From an uncultured Gemmatimonadales bacterium (GTDB taxonomy: Bacteria; Gemmatimonadota; Gemmatimonadetes; Longimicrobiales; RSA9), in contig CAWCRS010000007.1 in NCBI GenBank assembly GCA_963798085.1, positions 1,024,001-1,088,000 on the forward strand: a DNA stretch of 64,000 nucleotides. Direction: 5' to 3'. The notes beneath the pieces were generated by a model. It was given only the letters and a program-made list of their open reading frames with translations, ran no database searches and was not told the origin of the DNA. Positions 38,303 to 48,781 of the stretch are shown here, piece by piece. The position numbers and the translations under genes were made by a program. The first letter of the stretch is position 1; each line of letters opens with the position of its first letter.

Positions 38303-40381
38303 ATGAACGCCCCGGTCCGCTCGCCGCTGGACCAGCCGGCGCAGTTCCTCAAGGGCGTCGGGCCGCGGCGCGCCGAGCAGATGGCGCGCATGGGCGTGAA
38401 CACCGCGCGCGACCTGCTCTTCCACGTGCCCCGCCGCTACGAAGACGCCAGCACGGTCACCCGCATCACCAACCTGCGCATTGGCGAAGATGCGACGGTG
38501 ATCGCGCAGGTAGTGCAGAAAGGCGTGCACCCCACTCGCTCCGGGCTGCGCATCTTCCAGGCAATGGTGAAAGACAGTTCCGGCATGATCGAGGTGTCGT
38601 GGCCCGGCCAGCCGTTCCTCGATCGCACCATCCACGAAGGCGACATGCTGCTGGTAGCGGGGCGTGTGCGCTTCTACCACGGCAAGCAGATCCAGCCGCG
38701 CGAATGGGTGGTGCTCGGCGCGGCCGCGGATCTCGCGGGCGGCGGCAAGGTGCTGCCCATCTATCCCGCGACCGAAGGCCTCTCGCAGAAAGTCGTGCGG
38801 AGCATCATCGACGCGAATCTCGATCGCCTGCTGCCCCTGGTCATGCCGGAGGATGCGCTGCACGCGGGCCATCTCGTGCACGAGGGACTGCCCACCCTCA
38901 TGCAGGCGCTGTCGCTGCTGCACCGCCCGGAGTCGCTGCAGGACGCGGAGCGCGGCCGCCGCCGCCTCGCATGGGATGAGCTGTTCTTTCTGCAGCTGCT
39001 GCACGCGCGTGCGCGCTACCGCTCCGCGGGCGAACGTGTGGGCATCGCCTTCGCGCGCAATGACAGCCTGATCGCGCCGCTCTACCGCAGTCTCCCGTTC
39101 AAACTGACGGGCGCACAAACGCGCGGCATTGCCGAGATCTACGCGGACATGACCTCGGCGCGGCGCATGAACCGCATGCTGCAGGGCAATGTGGGATCGG
39201 GCAAGACGATTGTCGCGCTGTTCGCCATGATGCTCGCGGTGGAATCAGGGTTCCAGGCCGCGCTCATGGCGCCCACCGAGCTGCTGGCCGAGCAGCACGC
39301 ACGCACCATCCAGCAGCTGACAGCGCTGCTGCCTGTGAACATGGCGCTGCTGACGGGTCGCCTGGGCGCACGCGAGAGGCGAACGGCACTGGAAGCGATC
39401 GCCTGCGGCAGCGCGCAGCTGGTGGTGGGCACGCACGCGCTGATCCAGGAACACGTCGAGTTCCAGCGACTCGGTCTGGCCGTGGTCGACGAGCAGCACC
39501 GCTTCGGTGTGCGCCAGCGTCTGGCACTGGCGGCGCAGGGCGAAACGCCGGACATGCTGGTGATGTCGGCGACACCGATACCGCGCACGCTGGCGCTCAC
39601 GCTCTACGGCGATCTCGATCTCACGGTGCTGGATGAGCTGCCGCCGCAGCGCACACCCGTGCGGACCGTGGTCGAGTACGAGCGCGCGCGTTCCGCCGTG
39701 CACGCGTTCGTGCGCGAGCAGGTGCAGCAGGGACGCCAGGCGTACATCGTCTACCCGCTCATCGACGAATCCGAGAAAGTGGATCTGCGCGCGGCCGCGG
39801 AGGAGTATCGCGTGCTCAGCGAGGAGACCTTCGCGGGACTGCGGGTGGGCCTGGTGCACGGCCAGGTCCCGGGCGATGAGAAGGAAGCGACCATGCAGGC
39901 CTTCGCGCGCGGTGAGATCGACATCCTGATTGCCACGACCGTCATCGAAGTGGGCATCGATGTGCCTAACGCTACTGTTATGGTCGTGGAACACGCGGAG
40001 CGTTTCGGCCTTTCGCAGCTGCACCAGCTGCGCGGCCGTGTGGGCCGTGGCGCAGAGCAGAGCCATTGCATCCTGATTGCGCACGGCTCACCCGACACGC
40101 TCAGCCGGCTGCACCTGCTGGCCGACACCAACGATGGCTTCGCCATAGCGCGCGCCGACCTGCGGCTGCGCGGCATGGGCGATTTCTTCGGCGCGCGCCA
40201 GCACGGGCTGCCGGAATTCCGCTTCTTCGATGCGGAGCGCGATGAGGATCTGCTGGAGCATGCGCGGGACCTGGCCGGGCCCCTCATCGAGGCGGATCCG
40301 GAGCTGAGCCGGCGCGACGCACTGCGCCGCGTGCTCGACGAGCGTTTCCTCGAGCGCGAGCGCATGTACGAGATCGGCTGA
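38303..40381 (+). CDS. recG: ATP-dependent DNA helicase RecG
   Basis: QG(D>N)VGSGKT, DEQHRFG, MSATPIPRTL, SQLHQLRGRVGRG; wedge domain. Confidence 0.96.
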   Translation: MNAPVRSPLDQPAQFLKGVGPRRAEQMARMGVNTARDLLFHVPRRYEDASTVTRITNLRIGEDATVIAQVVQKGVHPTRSGLRIFQAMVKDSSGMIEVSWPGQPFLDRTIHEGDMLLVAGRVRFYHGKQIQPREWVVLGAAADLAGGGKVLPIYPATEGLSQKVVRSIIDANLDRLLPLVMPEDALHAGHLVHEGLPTLMQALSLLHRPESLQDAERGRRRLAWDELFFLQLLHARARYRSAGERVGIAFARNDSLIAPLYRSLPFKLTGAQTRGIAEIYADMTSARRMNRMLQGNVGSGKTIVALFAMMLAVESGFQAALMAPTELLAEQHARTIQQLTALLPVNMALLTGRLGARERRTALEAIACGSAQLVVGTHALIQEHVEFQRLGLAVVDEQHRFGVRQRLALAAQGETPDMLVMSATPIPRTLALTLYGDLDLTVLDELPPQRTPVRTVVEYERARSAVHAFVREQVQQGRQAYIVYPLIDESEKVDLRAAAEEYRVLSEETFAGLRVGLVHGQVPGDEKEATMQAFARGEIDILIATTVIEVGIDVPNATVMVVEHAERFGLSQLHQLRGRVGRGAEQSHCILIAHGSPDTLSRLHLLADTNDGFAIARADLRLRGMGDFFGARQHGLPEFRFFDAERDEDLLEHARDLAGPLIEADPELSRRDALRRVLDERFLERERMYEIG

Positions 40382-40617
40382 CACCTCGCCGGCGTTTTCC
40401 TGCCTCGCCGCGCGACACACTCCATCTCGCGGGCTGCAATACTTTGTTGCAAAGGACGGCGGCACCGGGACTGCACCATCTACCTCAAAACGTTGTAAAC
40501 AGGCCAGATACGCAACATCGCCCGGCGGGAATGAAACTCGCACGGAAGGCGCTGCGGGAGGGCGGACCGCGCCCGGAATCGGACGGTCAATGTGCCTCCC
40601 CACAGGAGCCCGGAGCG

Positions 40618-41670
40618 ATGACGCTGGAGAACGGTGGTCTGGAGCGGCACCCGCGCGTACTGCTCGTTGAAGATGATGCGGCAACGCGCGAGCTGCTGAC
40701 CCGGCACCTTTCCGGCCGCGGCTTCAATGTGACTGCGGTCGACGCCGCCGAAGAAGGCATTGTCGAAGCGAGCGATGTGAAGTTCGACGTGGTCGTGGCG
40801 GACGTGCACCTGCCCGGACTTTCCGGGACGGAACTGGCGAACTTCATGGTATCGCACGATCCCGCACTGCCGGTGATCCTCATGACGGGTGATGCAGATG
40901 AGCAGGTGCGCCTGGATGCGCTGGCACATGGTGCGAGCGTGTTTCTGTACAAGCCTTTCGAGGTGACGGACCTCGAGAAAGCCGTGCGGCAGGCGCTCAT
41001 TCGACGCGGATGGACGTCCATGGAAGGTTCAGCACAGGCGGCAGTGCCGCCACAGGTACCGAGCGAATGGCTCGAGTTCGTGGACCACGAATCCTACGCG
41101 GGTCCCGGTCATGGCGAGCGCGTGGCGCGCGTGGCGCAGCTGCTGCTGGAGGCGATCCCTCTGGCAGCGGCCGAGATCGCTGCGCAGGACCTCATGCTGG
41201 CGGCGAGGACGCACGAAGTGGGTCGCCTGCGTGTGCCCGATGCCGAGCCGGCGGCAGTCGCATCACAGAGCGCCGAGCTGATGGCGGAAGCGAAGTTCCC
41301 GCGCATGGCAGTGCGCGCAGTGCGCCACATGCACGAGCGCTGGGACGGGTCGGGCGGGCCGGATGGCCTGAGCGCCTCTAACGTGCCGTTAGGCGCCCTG
41401 GTGCTGGCCGTGGCCGATGCGCTGGACCACTATGTGTCGGCGTGGGTGCAGGCCGGCCTCAATGGCGACAACGCCGTGGACCGCGCCATTCACCTCGTGA
41501 GCGTGCAGCAGGGCGAGGCGTTCAGTCCCGTCGTGGTAGGGGCCGTGCACCGCAGCACGGAAGCCATTCGCGAAGTCTGCGCCCAGCCGCGGCCGGTGCC
41601 GGCGAACGAAGCGCTCACCACGGCGAGCTTCACCGCGACATACAAGGAAGCGCCTTTTCAGGTTGCCTGA
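40618..41670 (+). CDS. Response regulator with degenerate HD-GYP output domain
   Basis: REC (VEDD, ADVHLP, MTG, YKP) plus H..RVA, HEVG, HERWDGSGGPDGL, VAD. Confidence 0.8.
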   Translation: MTLENGGLERHPRVLLVEDDAATRELLTRHLSGRGFNVTAVDAAEEGIVEASDVKFDVVVADVHLPGLSGTELANFMVSHDPALPVILMTGDADEQVRLDALAHGASVFLYKPFEVTDLEKAVRQALIRRGWTSMEGSAQAAVPPQVPSEWLEFVDHESYAGPGHGERVARVAQLLLEAIPLAAAEIAAQDLMLAARTHEVGRLRVPDAEPAAVASQSAELMAEAKFPRMAVRAVRHMHERWDGSGGPDGLSASNVPLGALVLAVADALDHYVSAWVQAGLNGDNAVDRAIHLVSVQQGEAFSPVVVGAVHRSTEAIREVCAQPRPVPANEALTTASFTATYKEAPFQVA

Positions 41671-41678
41671 CCTCCGGG

Positions 41679-41742
41679 CGGCGGCCGTGTCCGGTCTGCG
41701 CGACGCCGTGAGTCGGCGTTCCCGCGGGCCGGCTCGGCCGCC
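41679..41742. terminator. Long GC-rich hairpin between convergent genes
   Basis: Nested stems GGCGGCCG/CGGCCGCC, CCGGTCTGCG/CGCGGGCCGG, ACGCCG/CGGCGT; no U tract. Confidence 0.4.
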
Positions 41743-41754
41743 CAATCGCCTGGA

Positions 41755-42303
41755 TCAGTCCCGGCCGTGTGCGTTGCCCAGCGGCAACGCCATGCCCAGC
41801 AGCAGACGGCCCTGCGCATCCGGCTCGACGCGCGTGCCGGGCGGCACGAAGGGGATGTCCCGCGGCGGCCGGGCGTTGCCCAGGTCCAGCAGAAACAGCA
41901 CGACACTGCCGGCCACGCCCACCTGACTCACGAGCAGCGCGTTATGCGAGCGCCGGTCGAGCGCGCGCACCGCCGCGTAGCGCGACTCGAACTCCGCATC
42001 CGCATACGCGCCCGATGATGTGCGCGACGCGCAGCGCTCCGGCTGATTCTGGCAGAGCCGCTCGAGCTCGTGATAGCGATCGTCGGCTCTCCCGCTCTGC
42101 ACGAAGCCGTACACACCGGTGGCGGCGGAAAGCGCGAGCGTGGACCACTTCGCCAGGCGCAGCGGACGGAATGCGCCCGGCCGGATGGAATCGACATGCT
42201 CGTCGATCGCCGGCCGGGGATGCGACGGGTTCTGCGCCGCTGCCGCGCAGGGGATCACACCGGCGAACAGCGCAAGCGGTAAGACGGCGCGCTGCCACTT
42301 CAT
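41755..42303 (-). CDS. Hypothetical exported/membrane protein
   Basis: Signal peptide, two hydrophobic segments, Cys pair; start overlaps upstream stop (ATGA). Confidence 0.6.
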   Translation of the reverse strand: MKWQRAVLPLALFAGVIPCAAAAQNPSHPRPAIDEHVDSIRPGAFRPLRLAKWSTLALSAATGVYGFVQSGRADDRYHELERLCQNQPERCASRTSSGAYADAEFESRYAAVRALDRRSHNALLVSQVGVAGSVVLFLLDLGNARPPRDIPFVPPGTRVEPDAQGRLLLGMALPLGNAHGRD

Positions 42304-43430
42304 TGCAACCTCACCACGTGGCCGTGGAGCAGAGGCACGAACATCACGCCATTGTGCACTGCCACCGGCGCGACCACAGAATCACCCAGATCGTTCTGCC
42401 AGAGGACCTGACCTTCAAGATCGAGCAGGAACAGCATGCCGTCCAGCCGGCCCACGACGAGCCTGTCGCCGGCCATGGTGAGCGAGCCCGACGCGGCGCC
42501 GCCAAGCGTCGCGATGCTTGTCGCGTGTCCAGCCGGATCCAGGCGCCACACCTGCGCGTCGCGAGTCAGCACGAAGACCGTGTCGCCGTGCGCGACCGGC
42601 GCGGCATTCACCGGCGACGGGATGCTGACCCGCCATAGCACGCTGTTGGGCGGGGCTGTGCCGACCGCGATGATGTCGCCCGTGTCGAAGGGCAGGATCA
42701 GCGCGCCGCCCAGCACCAGCGGCGGAGCCGAAGGCGTTGCCGGCAATGCGACGCGCGCCAGGACGTCGCCGGTCCGGGCATCCAGACGCACCAGTGTGTC
42801 GCGTTCACTGGCAACGAACACGGCGCCATTCGCGTGCACCGGCGATGTCGCCGGCGGAGCGCCCAGCCGCGTGTGCCAGACCGCGCTGCCGTCCCGCGTG
42901 CGCAGGGCCTGCGCTTCGCCCGCCTCGTTCACCACGACCAGCATGCTGTCCAGCAGCAGCGGCTCGACACGGATCGCACCCACACGGCGCGACCACATGC
43001 CTCGCCCGCGCGTGAGGCTGATGGCCTGCACGCGATTCTCGCGGTCGCCCGTCGCCACGAACACGACACTGTCGCGACGCAGCGCAGTGCCGGCGATCGG
43101 GCCGCTGAAGCGACGACTCCAGTAGCGCATGCCCGACTCCGCATCCATCGTGACGATCGCACGCCCCGTGGACGTGGCCAGCAGCAGCGAGCCGTGCACC
43201 TCGAGCGGCTCGGCGAAACCGCGATCGATACCCTTGTTCCAGATGATCTTCGGTGCCGCACTGATCGCTTCCGACGCGTATGCGGAACGGGAGGAATTGC
43301 CCAGCAGCGCGGACCACTGGCCAGCCGGCACCGCGGGCGCGATGCGCGGCGGATGACACGCTGCAAACAGCGTGGTAAACGCCGCGAGCAGCAAATTGAC
43401 ACGTCGCCGGTACGAGCCTAGTGTCAACAC
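42300..43430 (-). CDS. PQQ-like beta-propeller lipoprotein (BamB-like)
   Basis: Repeated D..TG...W blades; lipobox FAAC after GTG 43430 (start inferred). Confidence 0.75.
   Translation of the reverse strand: MLTLGSYRRRVNLLLAAFTTLFAACHPPRIAPAVPAGQWSALLGNSSRSAYASEAISAAPKIIWNKGIDRGFAEPLEVHGSLLLATSTGRAIVTMDAESGMRYWSRRFSGPIAGTALRRDSVVFVATGDRENRVQAISLTRGRGMWSRRVGAIRVEPLLLDSMLVVVNEAGEAQALRTRDGSAVWHTRLGAPPATSPVHANGAVFVASERDTLVRLDARTGDVLARVALPATPSAPPLVLGGALILPFDTGDIIAVGTAPPNSVLWRVSIPSPVNAAPVAHGDTVFVLTRDAQVWRLDPAGHATSIATLGGAASGSLTMAGDRLVVGRLDGMLFLLDLEGQVLWQNDLGDSVVAPVAVHNGVMFVPLLHGHVVRLQ
43396..43424 (+). promoter_or_regulatory. Candidate sigma70 promoter for asnS
   Basis: TTGACA (43396-43401), 17 bp spacer, TAGTGT (43419-43424). 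Confidence 0.5.
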
Positions 43431-43494
43431 CGCTTTCGACGCCCCTTCGAGGCGGCGCACGGCGCGGCCGTCAAACTCAACATTCCACGATAAC

Positions 43495-44790
43495 ATGAGC
43501 GTCAGTACGGAAATCCGGAATCTGGGTCAGCACGAGGGCGCCAGTGTCATGGTGCGCGGCTGGGTGCAGACGACACGCACGCACGGCAAGGTCGCCTTCG
43601 TCATGCTGCGCGATGGTTCGGGCGTGGTACAGTCCGTCATGGTGAAGTCGCAGATCGCTCCGGAAGTGTGGAATCTGCTCGAGACACTCACGCTGGAAAC
43701 CAGCGTGCAGGCGCAAGGCATCGTGCGGCGCGAGGCGCGCGCGCCGGGCGGCTGGGAGCTGGCGCTCGAAGACCTGCGCATCATCGGGCCGAGTACGGAT
43801 TATCCGATCCAGCCCAAGGAGCACGGCGTCGATTTCCTGCTGGATCATCGCCATCTGTGGCTGCGCTCCAGCCAGCAGCGCGCCATCATGCGCGTGCGCA
43901 ACGAAGTCGAGCAGGCGATACACGATTTCTTCTACGCGCGCGATTTCGTGCGCATCGATACACCCATCCTCACGGGCGCGATCGGCGAAGGCGGCGCCGG
44001 CCTCTTCGAAGTCGACTACTTCGAGGAGAAGGCGTACCTCGCGCAGACCGGCCAGCTGTACGCCGAAGCCGCCGCCGCCGCGCTGGGCAAGGTGTACTGC
44101 TTCGGCCCCACCTTCCGCGCGGAAAAATCGAAGACGCGACGGCATTCGACGGAGTTCTGGATGCTCGAGCCGGAGGTCGCATGGAACGACTCCGACGCGA
44201 ACATGCGGTTGCAGGAAGACCTGGTCAGTCACCTCGTGGAACGCGCGCTGGAACGCTGCCGTGACGAGCTGGATGTGCTGGAGCGCGACCGCGCCCCGCT
44301 CGAGCGTGTGCACCCGCCATTTCCCCGGCTGGATTATGGCGATGCCGTGCGCCTGCTGCAGGAGAAGGGCAACGCCATCGAATGGGGCAATGACCTGGGC
44401 GCGCCCGATGAGACCGTCATCGCGGAGCAGTACGACCGGCCCGTCTTCGTGATCAACTACCCGAAGCAGGCCAAGGCGTTCTACATGAAGGAGAACCCCG
44501 ACGACCCGCGCACCGTGCTGTGCAGCGATCTGCTGGCGCCCGAAGGCTACGGCGAGATCATTGGTGGCAGCCAGCGCGAAGATGATCACGACCGGCTGCT
44601 CGCCCGCATCCGTGAACAGGGCCTGCCCGAGGCGTCCTACCGCTGGTACCTCGAGCTGCGCCGCTACGGCACGTTCGTGCATTCCGGGTTCGGCCTCGGC
44701 CTGGAACGCACCGTAGGCTGGATCTGCGGCCGGCCGCACATACGCGAAATGATTCCTTTTCCGCGCATGCTGAATCGGCTTTATCCCTGA
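43495..44790 (+). CDS. asnS: Asparagine--tRNA ligase
   Basis: OB fold VRGWV, RHLWLR, FGPTFRAEKSKTRRH..EFWMLEPE, EIIGGSQRE, HSGFGLGLER. Confidence 0.95.
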   Translation: MSVSTEIRNLGQHEGASVMVRGWVQTTRTHGKVAFVMLRDGSGVVQSVMVKSQIAPEVWNLLETLTLETSVQAQGIVRREARAPGGWELALEDLRIIGPSTDYPIQPKEHGVDFLLDHRHLWLRSSQQRAIMRVRNEVEQAIHDFFYARDFVRIDTPILTGAIGEGGAGLFEVDYFEEKAYLAQTGQLYAEAAAAALGKVYCFGPTFRAEKSKTRRHSTEFWMLEPEVAWNDSDANMRLQEDLVSHLVERALERCRDELDVLERDRAPLERVHPPFPRLDYGDAVRLLQEKGNAIEWGNDLGAPDETVIAEQYDRPVFVINYPKQAKAFYMKENPDDPRTVLCSDLLAPEGYGEIIGGSQREDDHDRLLARIREQGLPEASYRWYLELRRYGTFVHSGFGLGLERTVGWICGRPHIREMIPFPRMLNRLYP

Positions 44791-44815
44791 GGTATTTGCG
44801 GCGCTGCGCGCCGCA

Positions 44816-44996
44816 GGGGAAGGGAAACGGGGAGAGGGTCGGGTTCAGGGTTCGGACGCGGACAACGGCATGGGTTGGTGGGTGGGGCGCAACAATCACT
44901 TTCCCATGCCCATGGAGCAGCGCTCCCTGTCCCCTGCCCGTAAACACTCCCCCTCCTTCCGCCTCTGTCCCATCTCCCTGCCCGTACAACCTTCCC
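44816..44996. repeat. G-tract block followed by C-tract block (hexamer-like low-complexity repeats)
   Basis: Six GGG(G) runs at 44816-44850; about ten CCC runs at 44903-44996 with CCCTGCCCGTA twice. Confidence 0.6.
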
Positions 44997-45026
44997 GTTC
45001 GAAACCGATTTTGCGTGGGTGATCGC

Positions 45027-45809
45027 TCACACGGATTCTGCGCCCTCCGCGCGCTTGACTTCCTCCCAAAGCGCATCCATTTGCTCGAGTGTAGCGCCGG
45101 GAAGAGGGAGTCCGCGCTCGCGGGCGAGGGCTTCGAGGGCGCGGAAACGGCGGGTGAATTTCTGATTGGCGCGGCGCAGTGCGATCATGGCGTGAGCGTC
45201 CAGCAGGCGGGCGAGGTTCACAACGGAGAAGAGCAGGTCGCCCAGTTCCTCTTCCATGGCTTCACGGGCGTCCGTGCCGAGGTGCGATGCGACTTCGTCC
45301 ACTTCTTCGCGCACCTTGTCCAGCGCGCCGCCGGGCTCGCGCCAGTCGAAGCCCACGGCGCTGACGCGGTCCTGGATGCGCTGCGCGAGGGAGAGTGGAT
45401 CGAGGCCGCCGGGTACGCCGTCCAGCAGGGAAGGCAATGATGGGTCCGCGGCGCGCTCCTTTGCTTTGAGCTGCTCCCACGGCTCGGCGGGGCCATCGCC
45501 GTACAGCTGGGGATGACGACGCCGCATCTTCTCCTCCAGCCGGCGCACCACATTGTCCGCAGTGAAACTGGCGCGTTCTTCGGCGAGCACGACCTGGAAC
45601 GCAACATTGAGCAGCAGGTCGCCCAGCTCGCGGCCCAGCTCGTCCTCATCGTGAGCGGTTACGGCTTCAGCGACCTCGTGCGCTTCCTCGATGAGGTAGG
45701 GCAGCAGCGACTCGGGCGTCTGCCGGGCGTCCCAGGGGCAGCGCGCGCGCAGGAAGCGGACGAGCTCGAGGGCGCGGTCGAAGGTGCGGTCAGCAGGCTC
45801 GCGGGTCAC
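45027..45809 (-). CDS. mazG: Nucleoside triphosphate pyrophosphohydrolase MazG
   Basis: CPWDARQT, EEAHE, ELGDLL, RRHP, GFDW, EELGDLLF, KFTRRF; GTG start inferred. Confidence 0.92.
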   Translation of the reverse strand: MTREPADRTFDRALELVRFLRARCPWDARQTPESLLPYLIEEAHEVAEAVTAHDEDELGRELGDLLLNVAFQVVLAEERASFTADNVVRRLEEKMRRRHPQLYGDGPAEPWEQLKAKERAADPSLPSLLDGVPGGLDPLSLAQRIQDRVSAVGFDWREPGGALDKVREEVDEVASHLGTDAREAMEEELGDLLFSVVNLARLLDAHAMIALRRANQKFTRRFRALEALARERGLPLPGATLEQMDALWEEVKRAEGAESV

Positions 45810-45818
45810 GCATTCAGC

Positions 45819-45847
45819 TTGATCGGGAGTGAAGTGGCGCCTATAGT
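45819..45847 (+). promoter_or_regulatory. Candidate sigma70 promoter for alr operon
   Basis: TTGATC (45819-45824), 17 bp spacer, TATAGT (45842-45847). Confidence 0.55.
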
Positions 45848-45864
45848 TACGCGCTTTGTCCGCC

Positions 45865-46992
45865 ATGTCAAATGAAGCACTCACGCGCGCATGGGTCGAA
45901 GTGAACACGGAGGCCCTGCGCGCGAATTGTCGCGCGATCCGACGCGCTGCCGGTACTTCGCCCGCCATCATCCCGATGGTCAAGGCAGACGCGTACGGGT
46001 TGGGCGCGGAGCGCGTCACGCGCGCACTGGAACCGCTCTCGCCATGGGGCTGGGGCGTCGCCACGGCCGAGGAAGGCGTCGCGTTGCGCCGTGCGGGCGT
46101 GCGCCGGCCCATCATCGTGTTCGGCCCGCTGCCGCCGGGCGTCGAGCCGGTGGCTGCCGCGGCCGGACTGACTGCCACGATCTCGGATGTGGAGGCGTTG
46201 TCTCGCTGGAGACAGGCGGCCGAGGGACTCTCGCTCGCATTCCACACCGAGATCGACACGGGCATGGGCCGCTCCGGGTTCGACTGGCGGGAAACCGGCA
46301 GCTGGGCTGGAGCCGTTCAGGCGGCGGCCGGACCCGCACTCGCATGGGCCGGGGTATACACGCACTTCCACAGCGCCGACGCGGCAGATGCGGGACCGAC
46401 GCGGGCGCAGTGGACCCGATTCCAGGATGCCCTGGCGCAGCTGCCGGTATCGCGCGAAGACCTGCTCGTGCACGCCGCCAACAGTGCGGCGGCGTTGCGC
46501 TGGCCGGAGTACGCGGCCGACGCTGTGCGCCCCGGCATTTTTCTGTATGGCGGGTCGGCGGTGGACGCAGACGTGTCGGGTGTGCCGCGGCCCCAGGCTG
46601 TGGTGACGGTGCGCGCGCGCGTGGTGCGCGTGCACGAGGTGCCACCCGGCTCGACTGCCGGCTACGGCGCGACGTACATTGCGCGCGGCTGGGAACGCTG
46701 GGCGACACTGGCAGTCGGCTACGCCGATGGCTGGGCGCGGAGTCTGGGGAATCACGGCGAGGCGCTGCTGCACGGACAGCGGGTGCCGATCGTCGGCAGG
46801 ATCTCGATGGACATGACGGTTGTAGACAGTACCGCCGTTCCGGCCGCGGCTGTCGGTGATGTGGCGACGCTGCTGGGCCGGGATCAGGGCGAGGAAATTA
46901 CCGTGGACGACGTGGCAGGGTGGCGAGGCACGATCAGCTACGAAGTGCTGACCGGGCTGAGCAACAGGCTGCCGCGCGTGGAGTGCGAATGA
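45865..46992 (+). CDS. alr: Alanine racemase
   Basis: VKADAYGLG (PLP Lys), [24 protein letters not shown]. Confidence 0.95.
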   Translation: MSNEALTRAWVEVNTEALRANCRAIRRAAGTSPAIIPMVKADAYGLGAERVTRALEPLSPWGWGVATAEEGVALRRAGVRRPIIVFGPLPPGVEPVAAAAGLTATISDVEALSRWRQAAEGLSLAFHTEIDTGMGRSGFDWRETGSWAGAVQAAAGPALAWAGVYTHFHSADAADAGPTRAQWTRFQDALAQLPVSREDLLVHAANSAAALRWPEYAADAVRPGIFLYGGSAVDADVSGVPRPQAVVTVRARVVRVHEVPPGSTAGYGATYIARGWERWATLAVGYADGWARSLGNHGEALLHGQRVPIVGRISMDMTVVDSTAVPAAAVGDVATLLGRDQGEEITVDDVAGWRGTISYEVLTGLSNRLPRVECE

Positions 46993-47408
46993 TCGGGGAG
47001 TCGGAATTGCTGGCGAAAGCGCGCGACGCGCGCGATTCGTCCTGGGCGCCCTATTCCCGTTTCCGCGTGGGCTGTGCGCTGGAAACGGAAGATGGTTCGG
47101 TGTTCGCCGGTTGCAACGTGGAGAACGCGTCGTTCGGTCTGGGCATGTGCGCGGAGCGTGTGGCCGTGGGTTGCGCGGTGACGGCCGGCCAGCGCCGGTT
47201 CCGCCGCCTGGTGCTGATCACGGATTCCAAACACCCTGTTGCGCCGTGCGGCGCGTGCCGGCAGGTGCTGGCCGAGTTCGAGCCGGCGCTGGAAGTCGTG
47301 TCGTACGCATGTACGGGTGAGCGCGCGGCGTGGCCTCTGGAGACCCTGCTGCCGGAACGCTTCGACCTGACGGACGCCACCGATGCGCCGCGGGAGCACC
47401 GCCCATGA
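46989..47408 (+). CDS. cdd: Cytidine deaminase (tetrameric type)
   Basis: [24 protein letters not shown]. Confidence 0.94.
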   Translation: MIGESELLAKARDARDSSWAPYSRFRVGCALETEDGSVFAGCNVENASFGLGMCAERVAVGCAVTAGQRRFRRLVLITDSKHPVAPCGACRQVLAEFEPALEVVSYACTGERAAWPLETLLPERFDLTDATDAPREHRP

Positions 47409-48781
47409 GCGCGCGACGCAACGACGCGCGCGGCGTGGCAGCACGCACGAAAGCGGCGGGCCGCGCGGGGCTGGGCCTGCCCGCGGCGCTGACCCTGGCG
47501 GCCGGTCTCTGGGTGCTGGCCTGCGGCCGCGAGACGCCTACCGATACCGGCGGGCCGCTGCTGCCCTCCGATGCCGTCACCACGTTCGAGGTGCTGCTGG
47601 ATGCGCCCCAATACCTGACCTCCGACACGGCGTTCTCCGGATTCGATTTCGTGTCCGACGCCGCCTTCACCGTGATCGCCAATCAATACGGCAACACGGT
47701 GGATGCGCACGCAATGGCCCGGTTCGAGATTCCGACACTGATCGCGGCCCCGGATTCATCCGATGTGGTGCGCGATGATTCGACGCCGCACTACGTGGGT
47801 GGGCACATCCTGCTGCAGATCGACACGACCCGGAGCCAGGGCATCAATCCGAGCGAGATCTCCGTGTACCGCATCACGGAGGAATGGGACCCGATAACAG
47901 CGGGTTGGACGCTGAGCGTCGACAGCGTGGCGCACAAGCAGTCGTGGTCCCAGCCGGGCGCCACCGGTGGTCCACTCGTCGGCACTGCGATGTGGCCGCA
48001 GACGATGGACTCGCTGGGCGTTGCCACCGACTCCGTGCTCATTCCCGTGGATTCGGAGACGATTGCGCTGTGGTCGGACACGACCACCCGCGCGCGCGGC
48101 GTGGTGGTCACCATGGGCACGCCGGGCGCCCGGCTGCGCACGGTGGACTTCGCACTGCACGTGGATGCGCGACCCACGTTCCGGCCGGACACCGTGGTCA
48201 CCGTGACCGTGCGGCCCACGGAGCGGACGTTCATCTACAACCCGCAGCTGCCGCGCGCGGCGTCGAACCTGCGCGTGGGCGGTGTGCCGTCCTGGCGCTC
48301 ATTTCTGCGTATGAAGGATGGTCTGGACACGCTGACCCTGGCGTGTCCGCCGGTCGGTTCGAATTGCCGCGTGCGCCTCAAGGACGCGACCATCACGTAC
48401 GCCGCCGTGCTGCTGACGCCGAGTGTCGCGCCGGACGGATTCCTGCCAGAAGATTCGATGCGCGTGGGGTCGAGCATTCTGCTGGTCTCGGACCGTGCGC
48501 CGCTCGAGCGCTCGCCATTGGGTAGCGCTGTGGGCGCTTCGCGCGATGTGGTGCTGCCCTCGCGCTTCGCAGCACCGGCCGGCGGACCGCCGGTCGAGGT
48601 CGGCGTGACGGACTTCATGCGCCAGCTGGTTGCCGATACGCTGCAGAGCGGCGTGCCGCCCTCGCCCTGGCTTGCGCTGCTGTCCACGCTGGAAGGCACG
48701 GATCTGGGAGTCGCGGAGTTTCTGCCCGGACCCCGGCTGCGCCTGGTACTGACCGTGGCGAAGGAGCTGCAACTGCGATGA
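47405..48781 (+). CDS. Hypothetical beta-rich lipoprotein
   Basis: Lipobox VLAC; coupled to cdd and to downstream barrel gene. Confidence 0.65.
   Translation: MSARRNDARGVAARTKAAGRAGLGLPAALTLAAGLWVLACGRETPTDTGGPLLPSDAVTTFEVLLDAPQYLTSDTAFSGFDFVSDAAFTVIANQYGNTVDAHAMARFEIPTLIAAPDSSDVVRDDSTPHYVGGHILLQIDTTRSQGINPSEISVYRITEEWDPITAGWTLSVDSVAHKQSWSQPGATGGPLVGTAMWPQTMDSLGVATDSVLIPVDSETIALWSDTTTRARGVVVTMGTPGARLRTVDFALHVDARPTFRPDTVVTVTVRPTERTFIYNPQLPRAASNLRVGGVPSWRSFLRMKDGLDTLTLACPPVGSNCRVRLKDATITYAAVLLTPSVAPDGFLPEDSMRVGSSILLVSDRAPLERSPLGSAVGASRDVVLPSRFAAPAGGPPVEVGVTDFMRQLVADTLQSGVPPSPWLALLSTLEGTDLGVAEFLPGPRLRLVLTVAKELQLR

Noticed and set aside
44796..45440. 214-aa ORF spanning the asnS-mazG spacer
   Set aside because: Low-complexity translation of the G/C tracts plus antisense to mazG; no RBS or motifs.
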